A stretch of DNA of 55,496 nt from Welwitschia mirabilis. Lineage: Eukaryota. A program made the translations under genes and the position numbers. The notes under the pieces were generated by a model. That model worked only from the letters and a program-made list of their open reading frames with translations. It was not told the DNA's origin and searched no databases. Of this stretch, positions 39,273-51,719 are shown piece after piece; position 1 is the first letter of the stretch; each line of letters opens with the position of its first letter. The DNA lies in NCBI GenBank assembly GCA_051453625.1, contig JBOZIK010000001.1, positions 32,945,172 to 33,000,667 on the forward strand. Direction: 5' to 3'.

Positions 39273-41129
39273 NNNNNNNNNNNNNNNNNNNNNNNNNNNN
39301 NNNNNNNNNNNNNNNNNNNNNNNNNNNNNNNNNNNNNNNNNNNNNNNNNNNNNNNNNNNNNNNNNNNNNNNNNNNNNNNNNNNNNNNNNNNNNNNNNNNN
39401 NNNNNNNNNNNNNNNNNNNNNNNNNNNNNNNNNNNNNNNNNNNNNNNNNNNNNNNNNNNNNNNNNNNNNNNNNNNNNNNNNNNNNNNNNNNNNNNNNNNN
39501 NNNNNNNNNNNNNNNNNNNNNNNNNNNNNNNNNNNNNNNNNNNNNNNNNNNNNNNNNNNNNNNNNNNNNNNNNNNNNNNNNNNNNNNNNNNNNNNNNNNN
39601 NNNNNNNNNNNNNNNNNNNNNNNNNNNNNNNNNNNNNNNNNNNNNNNNNNNNNNNNNNNNNNNNNNNNNNNNNNNNNNNNNNNNNNNNNNNNNNNNNNNN
39701 NNNNNNNNNNNNNNNNNNNNNNNNNNNNNNNNNNNNNNNNNNNNNNNNNNNNNNNNNNNNNNNNNNNNNNNNNNNNNNNNNNNNNNNNNNNNAGGTTCCT
39801 CTATTATTTTATTCCTTTCTTTATCTCCTATGAGAGTTTATTTTTCATTTATTATGTTTGGCTTAGGTTGGTTTTTCAATTCTTTTTGACTCCTACAATG
39901 AATGGATTTAGTTTTTTCAATGTGTATGAACTCTAATTATTCTATTAATCTAAATTATTTAGGATTGGATTGTCAACTCATAAGTAGTATTCTTAGTGCT
40001 CTTTGGATTAGGGAAGAGAAAATATATTAAAGCATTTAATTTTGAATTTNNNNNNNNNNNNNNNNNNNNNNNNNNNNNNNNNNNNNNNNNNNNNNNNNNN
40101 NNNNNNNNNNNNNNNNNNNNNNNNNNNNNNNNNNNNNNNNNNNNNNNNNTTATATTAACCTAAATTATTTAGGATTTGATTGTGAACTCATAAGAAGTAT
40201 TCTTAGTTCTCTTTGGATTATGGAAGAAAAAATATATTAAAGCATTTAATTTTGGATTTAAGTTATATACTATAGATTATTTAAGATAGAGGAATGTTAT
40301 TTAATAATTCTTTCATAGTTATGATTGATCTTCATTTAATCATGATTAATATTTGCTTGGGTGTGCATGAATTTTCTTAATAATCCCTTTAATGAAATGG
40401 ATGATGAGTGTTTTCAATAGTTCTATGAAAAGGGATAAGAGGATGATAAATCAAAAGGATTTTTTGATTGGTTGTTATAACTTTGATAATACAAGTTATT
40501 TTATTCTAAGAAAAGTTAGGGTGATTCCTTGTAATGTTTCAAATTCATCATTTTATAAAGAAGTGTGTTAAGGCACTAAATGAGTATGAATAACAATTTG
40601 TTATGAATGGGTGTGATTCAAATATGTAAAATTATACCCTTTTATTATGATATTTAAGCCTATAGCATTAGGTGAAGGTGGATAGACTGGGTGGATATAA
40701 CTAATGACAACCTTGGTTGATCCTAAAGAGTCCCAGGAGGGGGATTTAGGTTGTAATTCATGTCTTTACCTTTAACCACTAGTCTAGGGCTGTTGGCTAA
40801 TTATAAGGAATGTAATCCATTGTTATCAATAATAAAGTTCATCATTTCTTAAATTATTCCTTATTATTTTTATTAATCCAAGCTTAATATTTAAATGTTC
40901 TTGTTTGAAATGAAATGATCTTAAAATAGTAAAATGGAATATTAAATTTGGTATAAGAGTTATAAATATGGTAAGTTACTATTTTCTCTATCTAAGGAGT
41001 TAATTTATTCAAGGTGCATATGACAATCACAATAATGCCTTCTACTCTTATACAATTAGAGTGCTAGTTAACTCATAGTTAAATGGAATAAATTACAGTT
41101 AAACTATAGTTAAATACTATCATTGGGAC

Positions 41130-42390
41130 TCATGTTGATGTCATACTTCATGAGGTGAATGTTGCACTTGAGTGTCCAATGTCTCACTTGGGTTCCTGAC
41201 ATTGTACTTAGGCGCTTGGCCTTGTACTTGATCTAGTAACACTCCAAAATGTGTTTCTTGACTCTGGCACTATTTAATCTACTTTGGTCTACTCCACAAT
41301 GAAGTCTTAACATTACACTTAGGTGTCTGACATTGCACTTGAGTGCTTGATGTCATACTTGAGTGCTTAACATTGAACTTGGTCTTGCAATGCTCTGATA
41401 CCTTCCATTCAATCCCTGTGCTTTCCATCCTACTTTGTTTTACTCCATGAGGAAGGTCTAATGTTACATTTAGATGTTTAACATTACACTTAAGTATGTG
41501 ACATTATATTTAGTATCATGATACTCTGACACCTTCTGTTCAACTCTGATGCTTGCTGCCTCATATAAGCCTACTTTGTGAAGAAGGTCTGACTTTGTAC
41601 TTCAGACTCTAATATTTCATTTAAGTATCTGACATCACACTTGGGTGTTTGATGTTGCACTTGAGTGCTTGATTTTTCACTTGATCTTGCAACACTTTGA
41701 TGCCTCCTATAAGGTCCTAGTACTTTGTGTTTCACTTTAGATTTATTTGTAAAAGAAGGTATAACATCGCACTTGGTGTTTGACGTTGTAGCTAAATGCC
41801 AGATGTCATACTTGAGTGCTTACACTTTCTTCCACAAGCTCCCAACACCTCTTGTTCACCCCTAGAATAGCTCAATTTACTCTAGTTTACCTATGATAGA
41901 AGTTTGTAACATTGCACTTAGATGCCTAATGTCACATTTGCTTCTTACACTTGGGTGCCTGACATCACCCTTACTCCATGCACTTGGTTAGCTAACATTG
42001 CACTTTCTCTCTATAGTTTCTCTCTACAATTTCTTTCCACATTTTCTCCCCACACTTCATTGCCCAATGTCATACTTACTCCTTTTACTTACTCCTCATA
42101 ATTGGGTGCTCAATGTCATACTTACTCTTTATACTTGCTTCCTGTACTTGGCTGTCTGATTTTGTACTTGGATATCCAATGTTGCACTTATCCCTATAAG
42201 GTCCTAGCACCTATTGTTAATGTTGACACTTACTGCTTTGCTCATGCTTGCTCTGTAAAGAAGCCTCAATGTCATACTTGGATGCCTAATGTCATACTTA
42301 TATTTTTGATGTCACACTTGGATACTAAACATCACAGTTTGATTTTAACCTTGGGTATTATCCAATGTCATACTTTAGGTATAAAGTAAC
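41130..42390 (+). repeat. Higher-order array of ~20-bp units (CACTTGGGTGYYTGAYRTTG) in the leader of the TR-GAG-like element; partly duplicated at 43678-44430
   Basis: Clusters of 2-5 ~20-bp units are separated by a recurring ~70-bp linker (GATCTTGCAACACTCTGA...ACTTTG...GAAGGTCT). Confidence 0.85.
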
Positions 42391-43677
42391 ATGCCTATTT
42401 GATAGTTACCACTAATGGAACCCACATTATTAAGGAATATTATGACAACCACTAAACTACTTTTTTAATTAAATTTCTTAATCATCTTTTAGTTGCAGAT
42501 AATAAATCATTATAGTAGCACTGTAAAATGACATAATGCCTACCATAAAAAGAGTGGACTATTCTCAAGAGAGGAGTAAAAACAAAAGGAGTATAAGCTC
42601 AGAAGGATGTTAAATCAATTAATACATTAGAACATAGAGTAAATGGATGAATGAATGAAATGGAGACCCAACTAGACCACATTCATTTACAAAATAAAAT
42701 TCTTACTAATAGGATGAACAACCTACTATCTTTTCTAGAAGAAAAAACCCATTTAATAGAATCCTAGGGCATCTTAAGAACAACATTCACCTTAAGCCAA
42801 CATACTTCTTTAAGTGTAATCAACCTTCAAAACGTTCAAATGAGACTACTAAACATAGAGGCAATTCTTCAAGCCCTTGTATCTAACCAAGTAAACAATT
42901 CCAACATAGAACAATGTGAAGGAGAGAAAATTACTAAGATGATATGCCTTAAAAAATATGAAGATAAATGAAGAATGAAGAATCCATTTCCTAGATTCAG
43001 CAAATAAAAACTTACTTTGAGCTTTGAAATGTTCCACTAGAATGAAGATGTGCATACACTACCACCTTATTGACATGAAATGCATAAGAATGGTGGTCTT
43101 GATGCTAGCATAAGCATTCTTAATGAGTATCTTGAGACACCTTAATGAAGGAGTTTAAAAAGAAATTCATCCCAAAAAACTTCACAGAAGATCAAATAGT
43201 GGAATTTCAATGCTTCTTCTTGGGAAAGTGCCCACTAGATAAGCATTGGTCTGAATTCTAGGGCCTCTAAAAAGTAGTTAATTACCATCTAAACTCACAA
43301 GTGTTCTCTGCACTATGGAAGTCANNNNNNNNNNTGAGACACTACCTTTAAGGATAAAATACTTTATGGGATGAGTATCACATCTCCTAAGTAGACAAAT
43401 TCAACTAGAAAAAGTTTTAGATACTAATACTAAGTAAGTGAGAAATAAAAATGTAAAGGAAATACTCACCCAAGGTGGACTCATTGTAATCAACAAAGTT
43501 GCAAAAATAGGAAGTATATGAAGGAGACCTTTTTCAAACTTTTTAACAAAAAACATGATATGTTGCTTACTTACTTTNNNNNNNNNNNNNNNNNNNNNNN
43601 NNNNNNNNNNNNNNNNNNNNNNNNNNNNNNNNNNNNNNNNNNNNNNNNNNNNNNNNNNNNNNNNNNNNNNNNNNNNN

Positions 43678-45640
43678 CACACTTGGGTGTTCGATGTTGC
43701 ACTTAAGTGCTTGATTTTGCACTTGATCTTACAAAACTTTGATGCCTCCTATAAGGTCCTGGTACTTTGTATTTCACTTTAGAATTATTTTTAAAAGAAG
43801 GTATAACATCACACTTGGTATTTAACATTGCACCTAAATGCCAGATGTCATACTTGAGTGCTTACACTTGCTTCCACAAGCTCCAGCACCTCTTGATCAC
43901 CTCTAGAATAGATCAATTTACTCTAGTTTACCTATGATAGAAGTTTGTAACATTGCACTTAGATGCTTAATGTCACATTTTCTTCTTACACTTGGGTGTC
44001 TGACATCACCCTTGCTCCATGCACTTGGTTGACTAACATTGCACTTCCTCTCTATAGTTTTTCTCTACAATTTTGTTCCACATTTTCTACCCATACTTGA
44101 TTGCCCAATGTCATACTTACTCCTTTCACTCACTCCTCACACTTGGGTGCTCAATGTTGTACTTACTCTCTACACTTGCTCCCTGTACTTGGTTGTCTGA
44201 TTTTGTACTTGGATGTCCAATGTTGCACTTACCTTTATGAGGTCTTGGCACCTATTGTTAACTTTGACACTTATTGATTCGCCCATGCTTGCTTTGTAAA
44301 GAAGCCTTGATGTCATACTTGGATGCTTGATGTCATATTATATGTTTGATATCACACTTGGATACTAAACATCACAGTTTGATCTTAACCTTAGGTATTA
44401 TCCAATGTCACACTTTAGGTATTAAGTAACATGCCTATTTGACAGTTACCACTAATGGGACCCACATTATTAAGGAATATTATGGCAACCACTAGACTAC
44501 TTTTTTAAGTAAATTTCTTAATCACCTTTTAGTTGCAGATACCAAATCATTACAGTAGCACTGTAAAATGACATAATGCCTACCATAAAAAGAGTGGACT
44601 ATTCTTAAGAGAGGAGTAAAAAACAAAAGGAGTATAAGCTCAGAAGGATGTTAAATTTTGATACATTATAGAACATAGAGTGAATGGATGAATGAATGAA
44701 ATAGAGACCCAACTAGACCACATTCATTTACAAAATAAAATCCTTACTAATAGGATGAACAACCTACTATCTTTTCTAGAAGAAAAACCCATTTAATAGA
44801 ATCCTAAGGCATCTTAAGAACAATCATCCACCTTAAGCTAACATACTTCATTAGGTATAATCGACCTTCAAAAAATTCAAATGAGACTGCTAAACACAGA
44901 GGCAATCCTTCAAGCCTTTGTATCTAACTAAGTAAACAATTCCAACATAGAACAACGCAAAGGAGGAAAAATTACTAAGATGATATGCCTTAAAAAATAT
45001 GAAGATAAATGAAGAATAAGTAAAGAATCCATTTCCTAGATTTAGCAAATAAAAACTTACTTTGAGCTTTGAAATGTTCCACTAGAATGAAGATGCACAC
45101 ACACTACCACCTTATTGACACGAAATGCACAAGAATGATGGTCTTGATGCTAGAACAAGTATTCTTAATGAGTATCTTGAGACACCTTAATAAATGAGTT
45201 TAAAAAGAAATTCATTTCAAAAACCTTCACAGAAGATCAAATAGTGGAATTCCAATGCTTCTTCTTGGAAAAGTGCCCACTAGATAAGCACTGATATGAA
45301 TTCTAGGGCCTCTAAAAACTAGTCAATTACTATCCAAACTCATAAGTATTCTCTACACTATTGAAGTCAAATCAACTAAAGATACCTATCAAAATATGAG
45401 ACACTATCTTTAAGGATAAAATACTTCATGGGATGAGTATCACATCTCCTAATTAGACAAATTCAACTAGAAAAAGTTTTAGATACTAATATTAAGTAAG
45501 TGAGAAATAAAAATGTAAAGGAAATACTCACCCAATGTGAACTCATTGTAATCAACAAAGTTGCAAAAATAAGAAGTATATGAAGGAGACCTTTTTCAAA
45601 ATTTTTAACAAAAAACATGATATGTGGCTTACTTACTTTT
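43678..45640 (+). repeat. ~1.95-kb near-duplicate of 41637-43577 across an N gap
   Basis: Colinear and >90% identical by eye. The copies abut the gap at 43578-43677. Confidence 0.9.
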
Positions 45641-48600
45641 TAGTGTCTTTCTTAGTATACAATGTTTTCCTTTCCTTATGATTTGTAGATAATAGAGAAA
45701 ATAATCTAGATAAGCATGCCTACACAAATGACATAAGAAGAAGAAAAACCACACTCAAGGATAAGCATGATAATTAAGGTGAAGGAAATGTAGTGTTTTA
45801 TTTTCACTCTTTTATAAAGAAGTGTGTTAAGGCACTAAATGAATGTGAATAACAAGTTGTTATAAATGGATGTGACTCAAATATGTAAAGTTATACTCTT
45901 TCATTATGCTATTTAAGCCTATGGCATTAGGTGAGGATGGATAGACTAGATGTATGTAACTAAGGACAAACTTGGCTAATTCCCAAGGGTCCTACAAGGG
46001 AGGACTAAAATCATAGTCCACGTCTTTGCCTTTGACTCTTAGTCCAAGGCTATTGGCTAATGATAAGGAATGTAATCCATTATTATCAATAATNNNNNNN
46101 NNNTTTTCTTAAATTATTTTTTGTTATTCTTATTAGTCTTAGATTAATATTTAAATATTACTATTTATAGTAAAATAATCTTAAAATAGTAAAATGGAAT
46201 ATTACATTTCTTCACCCACGTTTATAGGTGTTGGAATAGGGGTCATTCTTTTGGTTTTGTCATCAGTGTTCTACTATGTTAACTTGTTTATTTACTCTAT
46301 TTTAAAATAAATGAATGATTGGATACTTAGTTATTTCATGCATTTCTATGTAGCAAATTATGCATTTAAGTTTTATGGCTAAAGGTAAAGTTGTAGATGA
46401 GGTAGACAATGATTTTACTTTTCTTGTTAACTCATTTATCTTATTGTTAATATGAAAAAATTATTAAGTGTTTTAAATAGGCTTATGAATCTAAAAAGAT
46501 GATGGGATCTAGATGTTTCACGTAGATTTTCCTAACTTACAACTTTTACCTATAGTTTTGAGATAGTTCCAAGGTTGACCTGATGGCATACTATAGAAAC
46601 TACCCACTCATTAACTCAATTTACAACCTACTATCTATAGACAACCCCATTATAAAAGAAGCTAATTTTTCTACCTAGACTACATCCATGTTATCAACAT
46701 TTTTGTAATAAATCCTAAATCTTTCTAAGATGTGGAAGAAGATCTCATAATGTTTTTATTGATAATTTATTATTTTACATATTAAGGCATGTGTCATGCG
46801 ATTTGGGAAGAACTTGAAAATGAAGCGTTATTTAATTTGGATAATGCTTTAATGGATGAATATTTAAGGATGTAAAATCATGATTTAGCCTTTTCCTTTA
46901 GAGAAAATGGAAAAGAAGNNNNNNNNNNNNNNNNNNNNNNNNNNNNNNNNNNNNNNNNNNNNNNNNNNNNNNNNNNNNNNNNNNNNNNNNNNNNNNNNNN
47001 NNNNNNNNNNNNNNNNNNNNNNNNGTGAGGTAATAATTGGATATGGATAGCTTAAAATAAAACCTTTGAGCTTTAGATAGTTGTTTTATGCATGAATAAA
47101 TTCTTAAGCATTAAGATTGAAGATAGGCATAAAGGATTTTCTTAGATGGGTTGTTAGCTAATTTATTTTGATTTTGGTTCTAGCTATCTCTTAACTAAGA
47201 AGTACGCATTTGGTTAATCTATTAATTCTTTTTTAAATATGGTAATTTGAAGAGGTATTATAAGCCAAATTGAGCATTTGGATTTTACTATTAAAATGAA
47301 AATTCTTGTTCTTTATAGATATCATCATTAGATTGATTTTCATGTAGGATTTTCTATTCTTTATTTTGTTTAGTGTTAGGATCTATGCTACTAAAGGGGA
47401 TTTTTAAATACAAGTCATGCAACATTCAAATTAGTTTTAGACAACTTTTAAGAAGGTTTTAGATAGATCCAAAATGACAAAAATATTTTTACATTTTGAA
47501 GAACATTTCAAAAGAAAAAAATAAAGATATTTTACATAGAAAGGCCAATGACACTGGTTAGAAAAGATAACAATGTTGGTTAAGTTATAATTATAGTTTA
47601 GAAAAAATATGATAGGTTTATTACATTAGTATAATGTAATTTTATCTATGAAGTAATATAAAAATTTCAAAAAAAATAGAAACGGTAGAATCCTTAAAAC
47701 CTATNNNNNNNNNNNNNNNNNNNNNNNNNNNNNNNNNNNNNNNNNNNNNNNNNNNNNNNNNNNNNNNNNNNNNNNNNNNNNNNNNNNNNNNNNNNNNNNN
47801 NNNNNNNNNNNNNNNNNNNNNNNNNNNNNNNNNNNNNNNNNNNNNNNNNNNNNNNNNNNNNNNNNNNNNNNNNNNNNNNNNNNNNNNNNNNNNNNNNNNN
47901 NNNNNNNNNNNNNNNNNNNNNNNNNNNNNNNNNNNNNNNNNNNNNNNNNNNNNNNNNNNNNNNNNNNNNNNNNNNNNNNNNNNNNNNNNNNNNNNNNNNN
48001 NNNNNNNNNNNNNNNNNNNNNNNNNNNNNNNNNNNNNNNNNNNNNNNNNNNNNNNNNNNNNNNNNNNNNNNNNNNNNNNNNNNNNNNNNNNNNNNNNNNN
48101 NNNNNNNNNNNNNNNNNNNNNNNNNNNNNNNNNNNNNNNNNNNNNNNNNNNNNNNNNNNNNNNNNNNNNNNNNNNNNNNNNNNNNNNNNNNNNNNNNNNN
48201 NNNNNNNNNNNNNNNNNNNNNNNNNNNNNNNNNNNNNNNNNNNNNNNNNNNNNNNNNNNNNNNNNNNNNNNNNNNNNNNNNNNNNNNNNNNNNNNNNNNN
48301 NNNNNNNNNNNNNNNNNNNNNNNNNNNNNNNNNNNNNNNNNNNNNNNNNNNNNNNNNNNNNNNNNNNNNNNNNNNNNNNNNNNNNNNNNNNNNNNNNNNN
48401 NNNNNNNNNNNNNNNNNNNNNNNNNNNNNNNNNNNNNNNNNNNNNNNNNNNNNNNNNNNNNNNNNNNNNNNNNNNNNNNNNNNNNNNNNNNNNNNNNNNN
48501 NNNNNNNNNNNNNNNNNNNNNNNNNNNNNNNNNNNNNNNNNNNNNNNNNNNNNNNNNNNNNNNNNNNNNNNNNNNNNNNNNNNNNNNNNNNNNNNNNNNN

Positions 48601-48698
48601 NNNNNNNNNNNNNNNNNNNNNNNNNNNNNNNNNNNNNNNNNNNNNNNNNNNNNNNNNNNNNNNNNNNNNNNNNNNNNNNNNNNNNNNNNNNNNNNNNN

Positions 48699-50014
48699 GG
48701 CTAAAGGTAAAGTTGTAGATGAGGTAGATACTGATTTTACTTTTCTTGTTAACTTATTTATCTTATTGTTGATATGAAAAAATTATCAGGTGTCTTAAAT
48801 AGGATTATGAATCTAATAAGATGATGGGATCTAGATGTTTCACATAGCTTTTCCTAACTTACAACTTTTACCTACAATTTTGAGATAATTCCAAGGTTGA
48901 CCTAATGGCATACTATAGAAACTACCCACTCATTAACTCAATTAACAACCTACTATCTGTAGATGACCCCATTATAAAAGAAGCTAATTTTCCTACCTAG
49001 ACTACATCCATGTTATCGACATTTTTGTAATAAATCCTAAATCTTTCTAAGATGTGGAAGAAGGTCTCATAATGTTTTTATTGATAATTTATTATTTTAC
49101 ATATTAAGACATGTATCATGCGATTTGGGAAGAACTTGAAAATGAAGCTTTATTTAATTTGGATAATGATTTAATGGATGAATATTTAAGGATGTAAAAT
49201 CATGATTTAGCCTTTTCCTTTAAAGAAAATGGAAAATAAGTAAGCCCAATGATGTCATAAGTATTCAGATATGATGGTATAGTTAATAAGATGCATTTGA
49301 GCTCCTTAAGGTGTAAGCATAGATCCTCAAATTCTAAGATATATAAGTGAAATAATAATTGGATATGGATAGCTTAAAATATAACCTTTGAGCTTTAGAT
49401 AGTTTTTTTATGCATGAATAAATTATTAAGCATTAAGATTGAAGATAGGCATAAAGGATTTTCTTAGATGGGTTATTAACTACATTACTTTGATTTTGAT
49501 TTCTAGCTATCTCTTAACTAAGAAGTAGGCATTTGGTTGATCTATTAGTTCTTTTTTAACTATGGTATTTTGAAGAGGTATTATAAGCCAAATTGAGATT
49601 TGGATTTTACTATTAAAATGAAAATTCTTATTCTTTATAGATATCATCATTGGATTAATTTTCATGTATGATTTTTTATTCCTTATTTTGTTTAGTGTTA
49701 GGATCTATGCTATTGAAGGGGATTTTTAAATCCAGAGCATGCAACATTCAAATTAGTTTTAGACAAATTTTAAGAAGGTTTCAGATAGATCCAAAATGAT
49801 AAAAAGATTTTTACATTTTGAAGAACATTTCAAAAAAAAACTAAAGAGATTTCACATAGAAAGGCCAATGACACTGGTCAGGAAAGACAACAATGTTAGT
49901 TAAGTTATAATTGTAGTTTAGAAAAAATATGATAAGTTCATTACATTAGAATAATGTAATAAGTAATATAAAAATTTCAAAAAAAATAAAAACAATAGAA
50001 TCCTTAAAACCTAT
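48699..50014 (+). repeat. ~1.3-kb near-duplicate of 46377-47704 across an N gap
   Basis: Both start GGCTAAAGGTAAAGTTGTAGATGAGGTAGA and end AATCCTTAAAACCTAT, with scattered substitutions. Confidence 0.9.
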
Positions 50015-51719
50015 AAAAAGAAAATCCTAAATGTTTTTCATTTTTAGCATTTTATAATAACAAAAGTACTAAGTGTATTGGAGAGAATCTTAAAGTACTA
50101 TATTAAAATTGTAGGAATTAAAAGAAAGCATATTAAAGAGGTGAGTTAAATATTTTTTTTTCCTTTGGTTGCAACCTACAAAAACTTTGTTAGGCCTATA
50201 ATACAAATTTTTCATATGAAATATAGATTTGGTTAGAGAAGAAAAACTAAAAAAAACTCCAAATTAGATGAGTTCAGATATCATTAGAAGTGGACCAATA
50301 CCACCTTTAGAAAGAAAAAGATAAGAAAAGAAAATACACAAAATAAAAAAAAATAAATTAGTTTAGATTTCACTAGATATAGTACCAACCACAAGAAAAA
50401 CTTAAAATAAAAACTAAAGTAAAAGATTGCAAGAAAGTAAAAATGTACTAATTTAGAGAATCTATCATTCCACTATCTTCAACAATAGTACCACAATCTA
50501 TCCATGTGTACATTAAATCAAAATAAACTAGGTAAATACCTATTATAACCTGCATTTTATAAGCTTTAATTAATAGAGTNNNNNNNNNNNNNNNNNNNNN
50601 NNNNNNNNNNNNNNNNNNNNNNNNNNNNNNNNNNNNNNNNNNNNNNNNNNNNNNNNNNNNNNNNNNNNNNNNNNNNNNNTAAATCAAAATAAACTAGGTA
50701 AATACTTAGTATAACCTGCATTTTATAAGCTTTAATTAATCGAGTCTCTAAACTATGTAATACATTTTGATATCAATTTTAATTAAAATCCCTTTTTTAT
50801 TGTTAGTGAGAATTTATGTGCAGCCCTATAATCAACAATGTATTATATGTCAAACATTATAGATACTCATAAGGTTACTTAATTATTTAATCTTATTTTT
50901 AGATAATTTATTATTTCAAGTTATAATAATTATTATGAGAATTTTAATATTAGATAAATCTATTTATGATTAGGCAAGTCATTTTCTATGGTTAAATATT
51001 CAATCAAAAAAAATCCATATGAAGATGTAAAATAATGTCTACAAAGAAAAAAGAGCATNNNNNNNNNNNNNNNNNNNNNNNNNNNNNNNNNNNNNNNNNN
51101 NNNNNNNNNNNNNNNNNNNNNNNNNNNNNNNNNNNNNNNNNNNNNNNNNNNNNNNNNNNNNNNNNNNNNNNNNNNNNNNNNNNNNNNNNNNNNNNNNNNN
51201 NNNNNNNNNNNNNNNNNNNNNNNNNNNNNNNNNNNNNNNNNNNNNNNNNNNNNNNNNNNNNNNNNNNNNNNNNNNNNNNNNNNNNNNNNNNNNNNNNNNN
51301 NNNNNNNNNNNNNNNNNNNNNNNNNNNNNNNNNNNNNNNNNNNNNNNNNNNNNNNNNNNNNNNNNNNNNNNNNNNNNNNNNNNNNNNNNNNNNNNNNNNN
51401 NNNNNNNNNNNNNNNNNNNNNNNNNNNNNNNNNNNNNNNNNNNNNNNNNNNNNNNNNNNNNNNNNNNNNNNNNNNNNNNNNNNNNNNNNNNNNNNNNNNN
51501 NNNNNNNNNNNNNNNNNNNNNNNNNNNNNNNNNNNNNNNNNNNNNNNNNNNNNNNNNNNNNNNNNNNNNNNNNNNNNNNNNNNNNNNNNNNNNNNNNNNN
51601 NNNNNNNNNNNNNNNNNNNNNNNNNNNNNNNNNNNNNNNNNNNNNNNNNNNNNNNNNNNNNNNNNNNNNNNNNNNNNNNNNNNNNNNNNNNNNNNNNNNN
51701 NNNNNNNNNNNNNNNNTTG

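Larger units (their letters stand above)
40530..46206 (+). mobile_element. Complete non-autonomous LTR retrotransposon with only a gag remnant (TR-GAG-like)
   Basis: 5' LTR 40530-40946 and 3' LTR 45789-46206 (~417 bp, TGTA...ATTACA). TSD TTCCT/TTTCT with one C>T mismatch. tRNA-Met PBS TGGTATAAGAG at 40949-40959. PPT AAGGTGAAGGAAA just before 45789. Gag-like remnant (FKKKFIPKNFTEDQIVEFQCL) at ~43155-43220. No pol motifs seen. Confidence 0.85.

Noticed and set aside
41130..42390. CRISPR-like appearance of the repeat/linker array
   Set aside because: The units are degenerate and directly tandem, and the linkers resemble each other rather than being unique spacers. There are no cas genes and the context is a eukaryotic LTR element.
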